From an uncultured Chlorobiaceae bacterium (GTDB lineage: Bacteria > Bacteroidota > Ignavibacteria > UBA10030 > SZUA-254): DNA of 64,000 nt. The notes beneath the pieces were generated by a model, which was given only the letters and a program-made list of their open reading frames with translations, was not told where the DNA came from and did no database searches. The position numbers and the translations under genes are program-made. The DNA is taken from the NCBI GenBank assembly GCA_964484465.1, contig CAZAFL010000002.1, forward strand, positions 2,124 through 66,123. The letters run 5' to 3'. Below are positions 1-12,800 of this stretch, piece by piece (within the stretch, counting starts at the first letter, position 1; every line of letters starts with the position of its first letter).

Positions 1-293
1 TGCCGAACCCAAAGAGCGGAACGGTGACATTGGATGTCGGCAAAGCCGTTAAGGAAGTGAAAGCCGGAAAAATCGAATTCAGAGTCGATAAAGCGGGGAT
101 CCTCCACGCGACGATCGGGAAAGCAAACTTTGAAAAGCAGAAATTAGTTGACAATGTCAATGCGTTCTTGACGACGGTGGTTCGCCTTAAGCCGGCGACA
201 TCGAAGGGGCAATACATCAGGAGCATTGCCATTTCATGTACAATGAGCCCGAGTGTACATATTGATAAGAATGTTGTCGGTGCCCATTCATAA
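1..293 (+). CDS. rplA: 50S ribosomal protein L1, 3' fragment (5' end outside window)
   Basis: Open frame runs from window edge to stop at 293; translation ...[33 protein letters not shown]... matches conserved L1 C-terminus; followed by rplJ-rplL as in the canonical L11/L10 cluster. Confidence 0.85.
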   Translation, partial: PNPKSGTVTLDVGKAVKEVKAGKIEFRVDKAGILHATIGKANFEKQKLVDNVNAFLTTVVRLKPATSKGQYIRSIAISCTMSPSVHIDKNVVGAHS

Positions 294-390
294 TGAAGGA
301 TTTACGCACTCAGTAATAGTATAATATTGTTCACTGCCCTGCAAAACGTGGGGGCTTCTCGGTGAACATCATTTAATTCACGAGGAAATC
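294..390 (+). promoter_or_regulatory. rplJ 5' leader (possible L10(L12)4 autoregulatory leader); boundaries approximate
   Basis: 97-nt untranslated spacer between rplA stop and rplJ start; in many bacteria this leader carries the L10 binding site. No structure verified here. Confidence 0.25.
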
Positions 391-912
391 ATGAAACGCT
401 CTGAGAAAGAACAGATTCTTGCAGAAGTTGCGGAGAAAGTTGCCCGCGCAAAAAGTATGTTCTTTGCGGACTTCACCGGAATCACCGTTGAGGAAGTGAA
501 CGAACTGCGGCGGGAATTCCGAAAGTCGAATGTCGATTATCGCGTTGTAAAGAACACGCTGGCTCGCAAAGCGCTCGAACGTGTAACCGGATATGATAGC
601 GTGTATGAGAAACTTGTGGGTCCCACCGCTATCGCATTCGGCTATGACGATCCGGTAACACCTGCGAAGATTATCAAGAAGTTTCGCGAAAAGAATGAGA
701 AACTGAGCGTTAAAGTCTGCGTTCTTGAAAAACAGATATTCGATGGCAAGCAACTGGATGCACTCGCAAAACTCCCGACACGGGGAGAAATTATTGCAGG
801 AATTCTTGGCAGCATCAGCGCTCCGGCTTCCGGAATAGTCGGTGCAGTTGGAGCTGTTATGCGCGACCTTGTCAACGTCATCGATGCGATTGAAAAGAAG
901 AAAGCAGCGTAA
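391..912 (+). CDS. rplJ: 50S ribosomal protein L10
   Basis: 173 aa; conserved L10 fold sequence (ADFTGITVEEVNELRREFRKSNVDYRVVKNTLARKA); position between rplA and rplL. Confidence 0.95.
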   Translation: MKRSEKEQILAEVAEKVARAKSMFFADFTGITVEEVNELRREFRKSNVDYRVVKNTLARKALERVTGYDSVYEKLVGPTAIAFGYDDPVTPAKIIKKFREKNEKLSVKVCVLEKQIFDGKQLDALAKLPTRGEIIAGILGSISAPASGIVGAVGAVMRDLVNVIDAIEKKKAA

Positions 913-957
913 GCTCACTAACAAATTGTCAATAATAAAGAAGAAGGAGAAATAACA

Positions 958-1344
958 ATGTCAGCAGTCCAGGAAATTGTCGAAAAAATTGAAAAACTTA
1001 CTCTGCTCGAAGCTTCGGAATTGAAAAAAGCTTTGGAGGAAAAATTTGGCGTCACCGCTGCAGCCCCGATGATGATGGCGGGTGGTATGATGCCTGCAGG
1101 CGGCGGCGCAGCACCGGCAGCAGCTGAAGCGCAGACGGAATTCACCGTTGTTCTGAAGAATTCCGGAGCTCAGAAAATCAATGTCATTAAAGTGGTCCGC
1201 GCAGCAACTGGTCTCGGCTTGAAGGAAGCGAAGGACCTCGTGGACGGTGCACCTAAAACGGTGAAAGAAGGCCTTAATAAGGATGATGCGGAAAAGTTGA
1301 AAAAAGAACTCGAAGAAGCAGGAGCACAGGTCGAGCTGAAGTAA
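958..1344 (+). CDS. rplL: 50S ribosomal protein L7/L12
   Basis: 128 aa; N-terminal dimerisation helix, Ala/Gly/Met-rich hinge, conserved C-terminal domain ([28 protein letters not shown]...[10 protein letters not shown]); SD AGGAGA upstream. Confidence 0.95.
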   Translation: MSAVQEIVEKIEKLTLLEASELKKALEEKFGVTAAAPMMMAGGMMPAGGGAAPAAAEAQTEFTVVLKNSGAQKINVIKVVRAATGLGLKEAKDLVDGAPKTVKEGLNKDDAEKLKKELEEAGAQVELK

Positions 1345-1447
1345 CTCCTATACCCGGCAGTTCCGTGCCGGACGATGGAACGAACTTTTTCGCAACAACA
1401 AACGTTGAAGGTACAGTGGTAAAATATCACGAAATGTAATTCGGCAG

Positions 1448-1490
1448 CCGGTAACCATATCTCTGAGTGGTTATCGGTTTGCTATTTTTT
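1448..1490 (+). terminator. Rho-independent terminator/attenuator in rplL-rpoB intergenic region
   Basis: Inverted repeat CCGGTAACCA-(10 nt loop)-TGGTTATCGG (1 mismatch) followed by TTTGCTATTTTTT; matches the known partial terminator between rplL and rpoB in other bacteria. A weaker hairpin CCGGCA-N6-TGCCGG lies at 1354-1371. Confidence 0.5.
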
Positions 1491-1575
1491 ATGTTGCATC
1501 ATATTTCACCGCCTTCGCGTTTGGTTCAGATGCAGATCATGACAATGTCCATTCCTACTATATAAAGGGTTACGT

Positions 1576-4500
1576 GTGAAAACTCACAACAACCATTCCA
1601 ATGGCAGAATCTCGTTCGGGAAAATTCCTGAGATTATCGAATCCCCCGATTTGCTTTATGTGCAATTACAGTCGTGGGAAAATTTTCTCCAGACGGATGC
1701 TGTTCCCGAGAAACGTCAGAATAAAGGGCTCCAGCAAATATTCACGATGAATTTCCCGATTACCGATGCACGGGAAAATTATATCCTCGAATTTGTTGAG
1801 TATTACATCGAGAAGACAAAGTATAGTGTCATCGAGTGTCAGGAACGCGGGTTGACGTACGCCGTTCCCCTGAAGGCGAAGCTGCGACTCTCGACCAAGA
1901 GTGAAGACGGTAAGAGTTATGTCGATACCATCGAACAGGAAGTGTATCTCGGTAACCTTCCTGCAATGACACATCGCGGAACGTATATCATCAATGGCGC
2001 CGAACGTGTCGTCGTCAGTCAACTTCACCGTTCGCCGGGCGTGTTTTTCGACGAATCTGTTCACCCGAACGGCATGTCGATCTATTCTGCGCGTATTATT
2101 CCGTTCCGCGGCTCGTGGGTGGAGTTCATGACGGATATCAGCAACGTGATGTATGTGTACATCGACCGGAAAAAGAAATTCCCGGTGACAACACTCCTTC
2201 GTGCGCTCGGTTATTCGTCGGATGATGAAATCCTTGAACTCTTCAATCTTGTGGAAGAAATCGAACCGCATAAAGCAGAAATGAAAGAATACCTTGGCAG
2301 GATCGTCTGCAGTGATGTCGTTGATAAGAAGACGGGTGAGATTTTCATTAACAAAGACACGACGTTTACAGAAGAACTGCTGAAGAAAGTCAAAAAATCA
2401 GATATTAAGAAAATCCGTTTCCTGAAGCATGAGGGAATCGGAGAAAGTTCGGTCATTGCAAATACTATTCAGAAGGATATTGCACGTACCGATGAAGAGG
2501 CGTTGAATGCCATTTATCAGCAACTCAGGTCGGGTGAAGCGCCGGACCTTGAAACGGCAAAAAATCTTCTTGAAAGATTGTTCTTTAATGAGAAACGCTA
2601 TGACCTCGGAGATGTCGGCCGCTATCGTTTGAATTCAAAATTGAATTTGAATACGCCTGCCGCAACAACCACACTAACGAAAGATGATATTATAGCCATT
2701 ATCAACTATCTCATCGATTTGCAGCAGGGCCGAAAAACAGTCGATGACATCGACCATCTTGGAAACCGCAGGGTTCGCACGGTTGGTGAACAGATCGGTC
2801 AGCAGTTTAATATCGGGCTTGCGCGCATGGCGCGAACAATCCGTGAACGCTTAAGCCTTCGCGACCAGGAAAAAATCACGCCACAGGATCTGGTGAATGC
2901 AAGAACGATTACAAGCGTTATTAATGCATTCTTCGGGACAAATCAATTATCGCAATTCATGGATCAGACAAACCCGCTTGCAGAGATCACCCATAAGCGG
3001 CGTATGTCTGCGCTTGGCCCCGGCGGTTTAACACGCGAGCGGGCAGGTTTCGAAGTGAGGGACGTTCACTATACACATTATGGCCGGTTGTGTCCGATTG
3101 AAACGCCTGAAGGACCGAATATAGGTTTGATATCTTCCTTATGTATTCATGCCCGGGTGAATGAGTTTGGTTTTATTGAGACTCCATACCGTAAAGTAAA
3201 AGGAGGGAAGGTGCTCGAAGAAATCGAATTCATGACCGCAGAGAAAGAGGACGTGTACACCATCGCCCAGGCGAATGCGGTCATCGATGAAAAAGGCAAG
3301 TTTGCAACAGAGCGGGTCAAAGCGCGACTTCAAAGTGATTACCCGCTTGCAAAACCGGAAGAAATTCAGTACATGGATGTTGCTCCCTCACAAATTGTCA
3401 GCGCAGCGGCTGCCCTTATTCCGTTCCTCGAACATGATGATGCTAACCGTGCACTTATGGGTTCAAATATGCAGCGCCAGGCAGTCCCGCTCATGCGGCC
3501 GGAAACGCCTATCGTCGGCACAGGGCTTGAGGAAAAAATCGCCCGCGACGCGCGCACGATGATCGTCGCGGAACGCAACGGTTCGGTAGAATATGTGGAC
3601 TCGAACCGCATTATTGTGAATTATGATATCGATGAAGGAAGTGCTGAAGCGCTCGTCAGTTTTGACGATAAGAAGCGTGTTGAATACCAGCTTATTAAAT
3701 TTTTCCGGACGAACCAGGATACAAGCATCAATCAACTCGCTGTCGTCAAACCCGGCCAGCGGGTGAAGAAAGGGGATATCCTTGCCGATGGTTGCGCGAC
3801 CGACCACGGTGAGCTTGCCTTGGGACGGAACGTGCTGGTCGCGTTCATGCCATGGCGCGGTTATAATTTTGAAGATGCTATAATCGTGAGCGAACGGCTT
3901 GTTGCGGAGGATACGTTTACCTCTCTTCATATAGAAGAGTTCGAACTCCAGGTGCGGGACACAAAACGTGGTGAAGAGGAATTGACGCGTGAGATTCCGA
4001 ACGTCAGCGAAGACGCGGTCAAAGATTTAGATGAAAACGGCGTTGTCCGTGTTGGGGCCGAAGTTGTCGAAGGGGATATTCTTATCGGCAAGATCACTCC
4101 CAAAGGAGAGACGGAATCGACACCGGAAGAAAAACTTCTGAAGGCAATTTTTGGCGAGAAGGCCGGCGATGTGAAGGATGCCTCTCTGAAAGCTCCGCCC
4201 GGAATGAAGGGTATCGTTATCGCGACAAAACTCTTCAGCCGGAAAAAGAAAGACAGTGAATCCAAGAAGGAAGATAAGAGATTAAGCGAACATCTCGACC
4301 GCGCTCACAAGAAAACGCTGAAGGAGAATCTTGAGAAACTCGGCAAAAAACTCGGCTTGCTCCTGGACGGGGAAAAATCTCTCGGAATCCGGGACACTTC
4401 AGGCGATGTTGTTCTGCGCGGAGGTACGCTCCTGAAGGAAGAGACATTCGTAAATATGGAAAATGTCGAAAAACTCGACCCGAACGGCGAGTGGGTTGAA

Positions 4501-5352
4501 GATAAACGAAAACAATCACTGATCGCGAAGATTTATCAGAATTTCTTCCAGAAACAAAACGACATCGAAGAGTACTTCAAGCATGAAAAAACAAAAATCA
4601 TGCTCGGCGATGAGCTGCCATCAGGCATCGTACAGCTTGCAAAAGTGTACGTCGCGAAGAAACGGAAGCTTTCAGTAGGCGACAAAATGGCTGGACGCCA
4701 CGGTAACAAAGGCGTTGTCGCAAAAGTTGTACCGCAGGAAGATATGCCGTTCTTACCCGATGGAACACCGATCGATATGGTGCTGAACCCTCTCGGTGTG
4801 CCGTCGCGTATGAACCTTGGACAATTGTTCGAAACGGCGCTCGGGTGGGCAGGAAAGAAACTTGGAGTGAAATATGCCTGCCCGATTTTCGACGGTGCAA
4901 CGTGGGAGGATGTTCAGAGCCAGATGGCAAAAGCCGGGTTGAATCAAACGTCCAAGACGACATTACATGATGGAAGGACCGGTGAACCGTTCGACCAGGA
5001 AGTGACTGTCGGTTTCATTTACATGATGAAGCTTTCACACCTTGTCGACGATAAAATTCACGCGCGTTCCATCGGTCCGTACTCTTTGATCACCCAGCAG
5101 CCGCTTGGAGGAAAAGCTCAATTTGGCGGGCAGAGGTTCGGAGAGATGGAAGTATGGGCACTTGAGGCCTATGGCGCCGCCAATATTCTCCAGGAAATTT
5201 TAACGGTGAAAAGCGACGACGTTTACGGTCGAGCAAAGCTTTATGAGTCGATCGTGAAAGGTGACAATTTGCCCGAACCGAACATTCCTGAATCGTTCAA
5301 TGTGTTGGTTCGCGAATTAATGGGTTTGGGATTGGATATCAAGATAGAATAA
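1576..5352 (+). CDS. rpoB: DNA-directed RNA polymerase subunit beta
   Basis: 1258 aa, GTG start; conserved beta-subunit motifs throughout ([54 protein letters not shown]). Confidence 0.97.
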   Translation: MKTHNNHSNGRISFGKIPEIIESPDLLYVQLQSWENFLQTDAVPEKRQNKGLQQIFTMNFPITDARENYILEFVEYYIEKTKYSVIECQERGLTYAVPLKAKLRLSTKSEDGKSYVDTIEQEVYLGNLPAMTHRGTYIINGAERVVVSQLHRSPGVFFDESVHPNGMSIYSARIIPFRGSWVEFMTDISNVMYVYIDRKKKFPVTTLLRALGYSSDDEILELFNLVEEIEPHKAEMKEYLGRIVCSDVVDKKTGEIFINKDTTFTEELLKKVKKSDIKKIRFLKHEGIGESSVIANTIQKDIARTDEEALNAIYQQLRSGEAPDLETAKNLLERLFFNEKRYDLGDVGRYRLNSKLNLNTPAATTTLTKDDIIAIINYLIDLQQGRKTVDDIDHLGNRRVRTVGEQIGQQFNIGLARMARTIRERLSLRDQEKITPQDLVNARTITSVINAFFGTNQLSQFMDQTNPLAEITHKRRMSALGPGGLTRERAGFEVRDVHYTHYGRLCPIETPEGPNIGLISSLCIHARVNEFGFIETPYRKVKGGKVLEEIEFMTAEKEDVYTIAQANAVIDEKGKFATERVKARLQSDYPLAKPEEIQYMDVAPSQIVSAAAALIPFLEHDDANRALMGSNMQRQAVPLMRPETPIVGTGLEEKIARDARTMIVAERNGSVEYVDSNRIIVNYDIDEGSAEALVSFDDKKRVEYQLIKFFRTNQDTSINQLAVVKPGQRVKKGDILADGCATDHGELALGRNVLVAFMPWRGYNFEDAIIVSERLVAEDTFTSLHIEEFELQVRDTKRGEEELTREIPNVSEDAVKDLDENGVVRVGAEVVEGDILIGKITPKGETESTPEEKLLKAIFGEKAGDVKDASLKAPPGMKGIVIATKLFSRKKKDSESKKEDKRLSEHLDRAHKKTLKENLEKLGKKLGLLLDGEKSLGIRDTSGDVVLRGGTLLKEETFVNMENVEKLDPNGEWVEDKRKQSLIAKIYQNFFQKQNDIEEYFKHEKTKIMLGDELPSGIVQLAKVYVAKKRKLSVGDKMAGRHGNKGVVAKVVPQEDMPFLPDGTPIDMVLNPLGVPSRMNLGQLFETALGWAGKKLGVKYACPIFDGATWEDVQSQMAKAGLNQTSKTTLHDGRTGEPFDQEVTVGFIYMMKLSHLVDDKIHARSIGPYSLITQQPLGGKAQFGGQRFGEMEVWALEAYGAANILQEILTVKSDDVYGRAKLYESIVKGDNLPEPNIPESFNVLVRELMGLGLDIKIE

Positions 5353-5373
5353 TGAGAACTTTGGAGGGTTACA

Positions 5374-8300
5374 ATGCCTTTTTCATCACATGAAAATATC
5401 ATAAAAAAGAGTTTTTCGAAGATCAGCATTACGCTCGCATCTTCCGATTTAATTCTTTCCCGCTCACATGGTGAAGTGACAAAACCGGAAACAATCAATT
5501 ACCGCTCATTCCGGCCCGAGAAAGACGGTCTTTTTTGCGAGAAAATATTTGGCCCGGTGCGCGACTGGGAATGTCATTGCGGTAAATACAAACGCATCAG
5601 GTATAAGGGAATTATCTGCGACCGTTGTGGAGTCGAAGTCACTCAAAAAAGTGTACGACGGGAACGCATGGGGCATATCTCTCTTGCAGTCCCGATTGTC
5701 CACATTTGGTATTTCCGGTCAGCTCCGTCAAAAATTGGCAACGTTCTCGGTCTGAGCGGAAAGGACCTTGAACGGATTATCTACTATGAATCATATGTGG
5801 TTGTCCAGCCGGGAACCACAGGTCTTCAAAAAATGGACCTCCTTTCCGAAGAACAATATTATGATGTCCTTGCTTCTCTGCCGGAGAAAAATCAGAACCT
5901 CGAAGACACCGACGAGAAAAAATTTATCGCAAAAATCGGAGGAGAAGCAGTCAAGGAATTATTGAAAAGGGTTGATATCGAAGTCATTGCGGCGGACCTG
6001 CGTGTCACCGTAAAAGATGAACAATCTGTTCAGAAGAAACAAGAAACGTTGAAGCGCCTTCGTGTTGTGGAATCGTTCCGTGAACGCGAGGGTGGACCAC
6101 TCAACAAACCGGAATGGATGGTGCTGGATGTTATCCCGGTTATTCCCCCTGAACTGCGACCCCTTGTTCCTCTCGAAGGAGGACGGTTTGCAACTTCGGA
6201 CTTGAACGATCTATACCGGAGAGTCATTATCAGAAATAACCGGTTGAAGAGGCTCATTGAAATTAAGGCTCCTGAGGTTATTCTGCGGAATGAAAAGCGC
6301 ATGCTTCAGGAAGCGGTTGATTCGCTCTTCGATAATTCACGACGTGCAAATGCTGTCCGCTCCGATAATAATCGCGCACTGAAATCACTCTCTGACATGT
6401 TGAAAGGGAAACAGGGGCGATTCAGACAAAACCTGCTTGGAAAACGCGTCGATTATTCCGGACGGTCTGTCATCGTTGTCGGACCGGAATTGAAACTGCA
6501 TGAGTGCGGTTTGCCGAAAGATATGGCAGTCGAATTATTCAAACCGTTTATCATCCGTAAGCTCATCGAGCGTGGATTGGTAAAGACGGTTAAGAGCGCC
6601 AAGAAAATGGTGGACAAGAAAGGCTCGGACGTTTGGGAAATTCTGGAGAATATTATCGACGGACATCCGGTTCTCCTGAACCGTGCTCCAACTCTCCATC
6701 GCCTTGGCATCCAGGCATTTCAACCGGTCCTTGTCGAAGGGAAGGCCATCCGTATTCACCCGATGGTATGTACGGCATTCAACGCCGACTTTGACGGTGA
6801 CCAGATGGCGGTTCACGTCCCCCTTTCGTTTGATGCCCAGCTTGAAGCGCGTATTCTTATGCTTTCAAGCCATAACATATTATCGCCATCAAATGGTGCC
6901 CCAATTGTTCATCCTACCCAGGATCAGGTGCTTGGATGCTATTATCTTACGAAATCCAAAGCAGGGGACCTCGGTGACGGAAAAATATTCTCTTCCCCGG
7001 GAGAGGTCATTATTGCGCATAATGCTGGTAAGGTCGGTTTACATGCCCGCATTAAGGTGAAGGTGAATGATAAGCTTACCGATACAACGACCGGGAGAGT
7101 CATCTTTAATCAAATCGTACCAAAAGAGCTCGGTTTTCTGAATGAACTTCTTAACAAGAAGCGCCTCACACAAATCATTCAATCAGCATTTCGAACTGTC
7201 GGAAATCTGCATACAGCTGAATTTCTGGATAATTTGAAGGAGCTCGGGTTTACTTACGCAACCAAGGGTGGACTCTCCGTAAGTGTTGGCGATGTCTTTA
7301 TCCCGAAGGAAAAAGAGGAAGTTATTGGAAAAGCGACCCGCGATGTCGACAGCGTTCAGAACCAATATTATAGAGGGTTCATTACGAATGGTGAACGTTA
7401 CAACAAGGTGATCGATATCTGGACAAGGGCAACAAACAAAGTTGCGGAACGGCTATTCGATGCGCTCCAGCATGACCGTGATGGGTTTAATTCCCTGTAC
7501 ATGATGGTAGATTCGGGCGCACGAGGCTCAAAAGAACAAGTTCGCCAGCTTGCCGGTATGCGCGGACTCATGGCGAAGCCTCAGAAAAGCATGTCCGGCG
7601 CGACCGGCGAACTGATCGAAAACCCGATCATCGCTAATTTCCGTGAGGGTCTCTCGATCCTTGAATATTTTATTTCAACGCACGGTGCGCGAAAAGGCCT
7701 TGCAGATACTGCGTTAAAGACAGCTGATGCCGGTTACCTGACCCGTCGTCTTGTAGACGTCGCTCAGGATGCAATCATTGCAGGTGAAGATTGCGGTACC
7801 ATTCGCGGCGTCCTAACAGGTGCTTTGAAGGAAGGTGAGGATGTGAAGGAGCCGCTCGCAGAGCGTATCCTTGGACGTGTCGCTGTCCATGACGTTCTTG
7901 ACCCTCTCTCCGGGAAGGTTTTGGTCAAGGGGGGTGACGAAATCGATGAGAAAAAAGCTTCTACCATTTCGGAAACATCCATTGAAGCGGTGGAGATTCG
8001 GTCGGTACTGACGTGTGAGGCAAAACGAGGTGTGTGCGCAAAGTGCTACGGACGCAATCTTACGACGTCGAAACTGGTTGAACCGGGTGAACCCGTCGGA
8101 ATCATTGCCGCTCAATCTATCGGTGAACCGGGTACTCAGCTGACCCTTCGTACATTTCATACGGGCGGTACTGCAAGTCTCATTGCCACACAGTCACAGA
8201 TTGTCTCCAAGTTTGACGGAAAAGTCAAGTATGAAGGCATTAAATTTTTCCGGCAGGAGGAAGGGGACGTAAAACTCATTGTGTTGGGACGAAGTGGCGT

Positions 8301-9654
8301 CATAAATATTCTTGACAATGATAATCGCGTTCTGACAAAATATGACGTACCCTATGGCGCAACGTTGCTTGTGACCGATAGCGCCAAAGTAAAAAAGGGT
8401 GAGATTATCTACGAATGGGATCCTTACAATGCGGTGATTATTTCCGAGCATCCCGGTGCTGTGAAATACCAGGACCTTAAGGAAAATATCACGTACAGGG
8501 AAGAGCCGGATGAGCAAACGGGTCATATTCAAAAAGTGGTTATAGACTCCCGTGACCGCACGCTGAGTCCGAGTATTCTCATCGTCAATGCCAAAGGGCA
8601 AAAAGTCGGTAACTATATTATTCCAACCCGTGCACACATGGTGGTCAATGATGGTGACGAGGTTCAGGCGGGCACGGTATTGGTAAAAATTCCCCGCGAC
8701 AGCGGTAAGACACGGGATATTACAGGTGGTTTGCCGAGGGTGACGGAATTGTTCGAAGCCAGGAGCCCTGCTGACCCTGCGATCGTCTCTGAAATCGATG
8801 GCGTAGTAAAATTTGGACCGCAGAAGCGCGGCTCGCGTGAAATATTTGTGAAGAGTCACGACGGGACGGATGAGAAACGTTACCTCATTCCGATGGGAAA
8901 ACATGTGCTCGTGCAGGAAAATGATGTCATCCGCTCGGGTGAGCGCCTGTCCGATGGAGCAATCGACCCTCATGATATTTTGCGCATTAAGGGCGTCGGT
9001 GCAGTTCAAGAATACCTGGTAAATGAAATCCAGGAAGTCTATCGGATGCAGGGTGTTAAGATAAACGATAAGCATATCGAAGCCATTGTGCGGCAGATGA
9101 TGCAGAAAGTGCGTATCATCGACCCGGGAGACACGAGATTTCTTGAGGATGATTACGTCGACAATCAGACCGTCAATCAGGAGAATGATGCACTGAAAGA
9201 CCTTGTGCTTGTCACAAACAAAGGTGACTCCAAGTTGAAAAACGGTCAGGTGATCGCGAAGAAAAAAGTTCGAGAGGTCAATACGGACATACGGAAGAAG
9301 ACAAAGAAAGTAGTTGAATTTCGTGACGCCGAACCCGCTACGTCCGAGCCGATCCTGTTAGGTATTACACAGGCTGCTCTTTCGACCGACAGCTTTATCT
9401 CCGCAGCATCATTCCAGGAGACGACCAAAGTTCTTACCGACGCTGCAATAGAAGGCAAGGTCGATCACCTGCTCGGTCTCAAAGAGAATGTGATCATGGG
9501 TCATCTCATTCCCGCGGGCACTGGCTTGAAAAAATTCCGCAACATTATCGTTATGTCTGCGGATGAAATTCCACAACCGGAGGTTGTGCCAGTGGAAAAA
9601 GAAGTGGAAAAAAAGAAGGTGCGGAAACGTGAAAAGGCAGCGGTTTCCGAGTAG
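5374..9654 (+). CDS. rpoC: DNA-directed RNA polymerase subunit beta'
   Basis: 1426 aa; N-terminal zinc finger CHCGKYK...CDRCGVEV, catalytic [16 protein letters not shown] motif, trigger loop/bridge helix regions; C-terminal Lys/Glu-rich tail. Confidence 0.97.
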   Translation: MPFSSHENIIKKSFSKISITLASSDLILSRSHGEVTKPETINYRSFRPEKDGLFCEKIFGPVRDWECHCGKYKRIRYKGIICDRCGVEVTQKSVRRERMGHISLAVPIVHIWYFRSAPSKIGNVLGLSGKDLERIIYYESYVVVQPGTTGLQKMDLLSEEQYYDVLASLPEKNQNLEDTDEKKFIAKIGGEAVKELLKRVDIEVIAADLRVTVKDEQSVQKKQETLKRLRVVESFREREGGPLNKPEWMVLDVIPVIPPELRPLVPLEGGRFATSDLNDLYRRVIIRNNRLKRLIEIKAPEVILRNEKRMLQEAVDSLFDNSRRANAVRSDNNRALKSLSDMLKGKQGRFRQNLLGKRVDYSGRSVIVVGPELKLHECGLPKDMAVELFKPFIIRKLIERGLVKTVKSAKKMVDKKGSDVWEILENIIDGHPVLLNRAPTLHRLGIQAFQPVLVEGKAIRIHPMVCTAFNADFDGDQMAVHVPLSFDAQLEARILMLSSHNILSPSNGAPIVHPTQDQVLGCYYLTKSKAGDLGDGKIFSSPGEVIIAHNAGKVGLHARIKVKVNDKLTDTTTGRVIFNQIVPKELGFLNELLNKKRLTQIIQSAFRTVGNLHTAEFLDNLKELGFTYATKGGLSVSVGDVFIPKEKEEVIGKATRDVDSVQNQYYRGFITNGERYNKVIDIWTRATNKVAERLFDALQHDRDGFNSLYMMVDSGARGSKEQVRQLAGMRGLMAKPQKSMSGATGELIENPIIANFREGLSILEYFISTHGARKGLADTALKTADAGYLTRRLVDVAQDAIIAGEDCGTIRGVLTGALKEGEDVKEPLAERILGRVAVHDVLDPLSGKVLVKGGDEIDEKKASTISETSIEAVEIRSVLTCEAKRGVCAKCYGRNLTTSKLVEPGEPVGIIAAQSIGEPGTQLTLRTFHTGGTASLIATQSQIVSKFDGKVKYEGIKFFRQEEGDVKLIVLGRSGVINILDNDNRVLTKYDVPYGATLLVTDSAKVKKGEIIYEWDPYNAVIISEHPGAVKYQDLKENITYREEPDEQTGHIQKVVIDSRDRTLSPSILIVNAKGQKVGNYIIPTRAHMVVNDGDEVQAGTVLVKIPRDSGKTRDITGGLPRVTELFEARSPADPAIVSEIDGVVKFGPQKRGSREIFVKSHDGTDEKRYLIPMGKHVLVQENDVIRSGERLSDGAIDPHDILRIKGVGAVQEYLVNEIQEVYRMQGVKINDKHIEAIVRQMMQKVRIIDPGDTRFLEDDYVDNQTVNQENDALKDLVLVTNKGDSKLKNGQVIAKKKVREVNTDIRKKTKKVVEFRDAEPATSEPILLGITQAALSTDSFISAASFQETTKVLTDAAIEGKVDHLLGLKENVIMGHLIPAGTGLKKFRNIIVMSADEIPQPEVVPVEKEVEKKKVRKREKAAVSE

Positions 9655-9686
9655 GGATGGATTTGCCGGAAACTGCCAGTTTGATA

Positions 9687-9715
9687 TTGACAAAAACCTA
9701 AATTATTCATATATT
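9687..9715 (+). promoter_or_regulatory. Candidate sigma70-type promoter for rpsL (str operon)
   Basis: TTGACA (9687-9692) - 17 nt - TATATT (9710-9715), ~35 nt upstream of rpsL TTG start; a second TTGACA at 9724. Not experimentally supported. Confidence 0.3.
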
Positions 9716-9749
9716 TATAAGCTTTGACAAAATTCGGGATTTATTCAAT

Positions 9750-10121
9750 TTGCCTACAATTAATCAATTAATCCGCCTCAATCGGGACCAAGTGACCTGG
9801 AAGAGCAAGGCACCTGCACTTCAAGGTTCACCTCAAAAAAGAGGTGTATGTACCAGAGTTTACACGACGACGCCAAAGAAACCGAATTCGGCTCTTCGCA
9901 AAGTTGCGCGTGTGCGATTGACGAATAGTATTGAAGTTACGGCCTATATTCCCGGAGAAGGGCATAATCTGCAAGAACACTCGATTGTGCTGATTCGCGG
10001 CGGCAGAGTGAAAGACCTTCCCGGGGTTCGTTACCATATTGTTCGCGGGACACTGGATACTGCAGGCGTGACCGATAGAAAACAAGGCCGTTCAAAATAC
10101 GGTGCCAAGAAGCCAAAATAA
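9750..10121 (+). CDS. rpsL: 30S ribosomal protein S12
   Basis: 123 aa, TTG start; MPTINQLIR...[19 protein letters not shown]... highly conserved S12. Confidence 0.96.
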   Translation: MPTINQLIRLNRDQVTWKSKAPALQGSPQKRGVCTRVYTTTPKKPNSALRKVARVRLTNSIEVTAYIPGEGHNLQEHSIVLIRGGRVKDLPGVRYHIVRGTLDTAGVTDRKQGRSKYGAKKPK

Positions 10122-10124
10122 AGT

Positions 10125-10592
10125 ATGCGAAAAAAAGCTGCAAGCAAACGTATTATAACACCTGACCCCAAGTACAACGATGTCCTTGTGGCAAGATTCA
10201 TTAACAGTGTACTTAAAATGGGCAAGAAACATCTTGCGCGGAAGATTGTGTATGATGCGTTCGAAATTGCAGCTCAGCGGGGAAAAGCATCGGGGTTTGA
10301 TATTTTTAAAAAAGCAATTAATAACGTAAAGCCGATTCTTGAAATTCGTGCGCGTCGCGTCGGCGGGGCGACGTACCAAATTCCGACTGAAGTGAGGTCC
10401 GACAGAAGCATAGCCCTGGCAATACGGTGGCTTATTTCTTATGCAGATGAACGTAAAGATAAATCAATGTCACTGAAGCTCGCCGCAGAAATGGTCGCGG
10501 CTGCCAACAACGAAGGTAATGCTGTTAAGAAAAAAGAAGATACACATAAAATGGCTGAGGCGAATAAAGCATTTGCACATTTTAAATGGTGA
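10125..10592 (+). CDS. rpsG: 30S ribosomal protein S7
   Basis: 155 aa; conserved S7 sequence (DPKYNDVLVARFIN..., RRVGGATYQIPTEV). Confidence 0.95.
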   Translation: MRKKAASKRIITPDPKYNDVLVARFINSVLKMGKKHLARKIVYDAFEIAAQRGKASGFDIFKKAINNVKPILEIRARRVGGATYQIPTEVRSDRSIALAIRWLISYADERKDKSMSLKLAAEMVAAANNEGNAVKKKEDTHKMAEANKAFAHFKW

Positions 10593-10640
10593 ACAAAACA
10601 AAGAGTAGATGAACGAAACGATAGGATTGGGTGAATAACC

Positions 10641-12743
10641 ATGCCACGCGCGTATCCATTAGAACGAACACGAAATATCGGTATCATGGCACATATTGAT
10701 GCCGGCAAAACAACCACGACGGAACGTATTCTGTTTTATACCGGAGTCCTCCACCGCATGGGTGAAGTACATGATGGTGCGGCAACAATGGACTGGATGG
10801 AACAGGAGAAAGAACGTGGTATCACAATTACCAGTGCCGCGACGACATGTTTCTGGAATAATCATCGGGTGAATATTATCGACACGCCGGGTCACGTCGA
10901 TTTTACGGTAGAAGTTGAACGATCGCTGCGTGTGCTCGACGGAGCGGTTGCTCTGTTTTGTGCTGTCGGCGGTGTAGAGCCGCAATCAGAAACTGTCTGG
11001 CGTCAGGCAGATAAATATGGCGTTCCCCGTCTGGCGTTTGTCAATAAAATGGATCGCGTCGGCGCGGATTTTTTTAATTGCATCGCAATGATGAAATCCC
11101 GGCTTGGCGCGAACGCCGTGCCGGTTCAAATACCAGTCGGTGAAGGAGATATGTTCACCGGCATCATCGACCTCATTACGATGAAAGCGCGGATTTTTCA
11201 CGACAGTACCTCCGGTACAACCTGGGATGACCTTGATATCCCTCATGACCTGCAGAAACAGGCGCAGGAATATCGTACAAAAATGCTGGAAGCGGTGTCT
11301 GACGAAGATGATTCTCTTCTCGAAAAATATCTTGAAGGGAAAGAGATATCACCTGCAGAAATCAAGGCGGTTCTTCGCCGGGCGTGCCTGAAGGTTAGTA
11401 TTGTCCCCGTATTGTGCGGCTCATCGTTCAAAAACAAGGGAGTCCAGGGATTACTCGACGCAGTCATTGATTTTTTGCCCTCCCCGACCGATATCGGAAA
11501 CGGGGAAGTTATGGGCCATCATTCAAATATGAAGGATCATATCATCCGTAAGGTCAACGATAAGGAAAAATTCACTGCTCTTGCGTTCAAGATCATGACC
11601 GATCCGTATGTCGGTAAGTTGACTTTTTTCCGCGTGTATTCCGGCACACTGAAAACCGGCTCCTATGTGTTTAATTCCATCAGCGAAAAACGGGAGCGAA
11701 TAGGGCGTATCCTTCGCATGCACGCAAATCATCGTGAGGATATCGATGAGGCATACAGCGGCGATATTGCTGCCGCTGTCGGATTGAAGAGTACGCGCAC
11801 CGGTGATACGTTGTGTGACGAGAATGATCCGATCGTTCTTGAAAAAATGGAATTCCCCGACCCCGTGATTTCAGTTGCAATAGAACCGAAGACAAAGGCG
11901 GACCAGGAAAAAATGAGCGAGGCAATGTCGAAACTTGCCGATGAGGACCCGACGTTCAGAATATCGTCAAATGAAGAAACGGGTCAGACCATCATCAGTG
12001 GAATGGGCGAGTTGCACCTGGAAATTATCATCGACCGGATGAAGCGAGAATTTCGTGTTGAAGCGAATGTCGGAAAACCACAGGTAGCCTATAAGGAGAC
12101 CATCCGGAAGAAAGTCGAAGCTGAAGGGAAGTTTGTCCGTCAGTCCGGCGGTCGCGGTCAGTTCGGTCACGTCTGGATTGAAGTTGAGCCGAATGAAAAA
12201 GGTAAGGGATACGAATTTGAAAATGCGATTGTCGGAGGGTCCGTTCCGAAGGAATATATCAATCCTGTCTCCGAGGGAATCGTTGAGGCGATGCGAAACG
12301 GAGTACTTGCAGGTTATCCTGTTGAGGATATCAAGGTAAAGTTATTTGACGGTTCTTACCACGAAGTCGACTCGTCCGAAATGGCTTTTAAGATTGCAGG
12401 TTCGATGGCATTTAAAGAGGCTGCGCGAAAAGCTCACCCCGTGTTGCTCGAACCGATCATGGATGTTGAAGTCGTCACTCCCGAAGAATATATGGGCGAT
12501 GTTATGGGTGACCTGAGCTCTCGTCGCGGGAAAATAGAAGGGCTCAATGCACGCAAGGATGCGCAGGTGATAAAAGCAAAAGTGCCATTATCCGATATGT
12601 TCGGTTATTCTACGCAGCTCCGGTCGATGACTCAGGGCCGTGCGATTTATACGATGCAGTTCGTATATTATGAAGAAGTCCCGCAGAGCATTTCAGACCA
12701 GATTATCGAAAAAGTAAAGGGCAAGGAATCAGTTCCAGCGTAA
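10641..12743 (+). CDS. fusA: Elongation factor G
   Basis: 700 aa; GTPase motifs [21 protein letters not shown]; follows rpsG as in str operon. Confidence 0.96.
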   Translation: MPRAYPLERTRNIGIMAHIDAGKTTTTERILFYTGVLHRMGEVHDGAATMDWMEQEKERGITITSAATTCFWNNHRVNIIDTPGHVDFTVEVERSLRVLDGAVALFCAVGGVEPQSETVWRQADKYGVPRLAFVNKMDRVGADFFNCIAMMKSRLGANAVPVQIPVGEGDMFTGIIDLITMKARIFHDSTSGTTWDDLDIPHDLQKQAQEYRTKMLEAVSDEDDSLLEKYLEGKEISPAEIKAVLRRACLKVSIVPVLCGSSFKNKGVQGLLDAVIDFLPSPTDIGNGEVMGHHSNMKDHIIRKVNDKEKFTALAFKIMTDPYVGKLTFFRVYSGTLKTGSYVFNSISEKRERIGRILRMHANHREDIDEAYSGDIAAAVGLKSTRTGDTLCDENDPIVLEKMEFPDPVISVAIEPKTKADQEKMSEAMSKLADEDPTFRISSNEETGQTIISGMGELHLEIIIDRMKREFRVEANVGKPQVAYKETIRKKVEAEGKFVRQSGGRGQFGHVWIEVEPNEKGKGYEFENAIVGGSVPKEYINPVSEGIVEAMRNGVLAGYPVEDIKVKLFDGSYHEVDSSEMAFKIAGSMAFKEAARKAHPVLLEPIMDVEVVTPEEYMGDVMGDLSSRRGKIEGLNARKDAQVIKAKVPLSDMFGYSTQLRSMTQGRAIYTMQFVYYEEVPQSISDQIIEKVKGKESVPA

Positions 12744-12800
12744 CCAATTAAAATGAAATCAATTTTTTCCATCCTTTCAGCTATTAAGGAGATTTAAGAA

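Noticed and set aside
3938-3956. GAGTTCGAACTCC T-arm-like motif inside rpoB
   Set aside because: No acceptor/D/anticodon arms can be drawn around it and it is in-frame coding sequence of a conserved region; it is a chance match.
4213-4680. Lys/Glu-rich ~130-aa segment inside rpoB that looked like a lineage-specific insertion
   Set aside because: It aligns with the dispensable region present in E. coli beta (around residues 940-1040) and directly precedes the conserved [10 protein letters not shown] motif, so it is a normal variable region.
8194-9075. 293-aa ORF on the minus strand (and similar long antisense ORFs at 13269-14255, 373-924, 1666-2271)
   Set aside because: They lie entirely antisense to highly conserved genes (rpoC, tuf, rplJ, rpoB), have no start context or recognisable motifs and show low-complexity translations; they are spurious frames.
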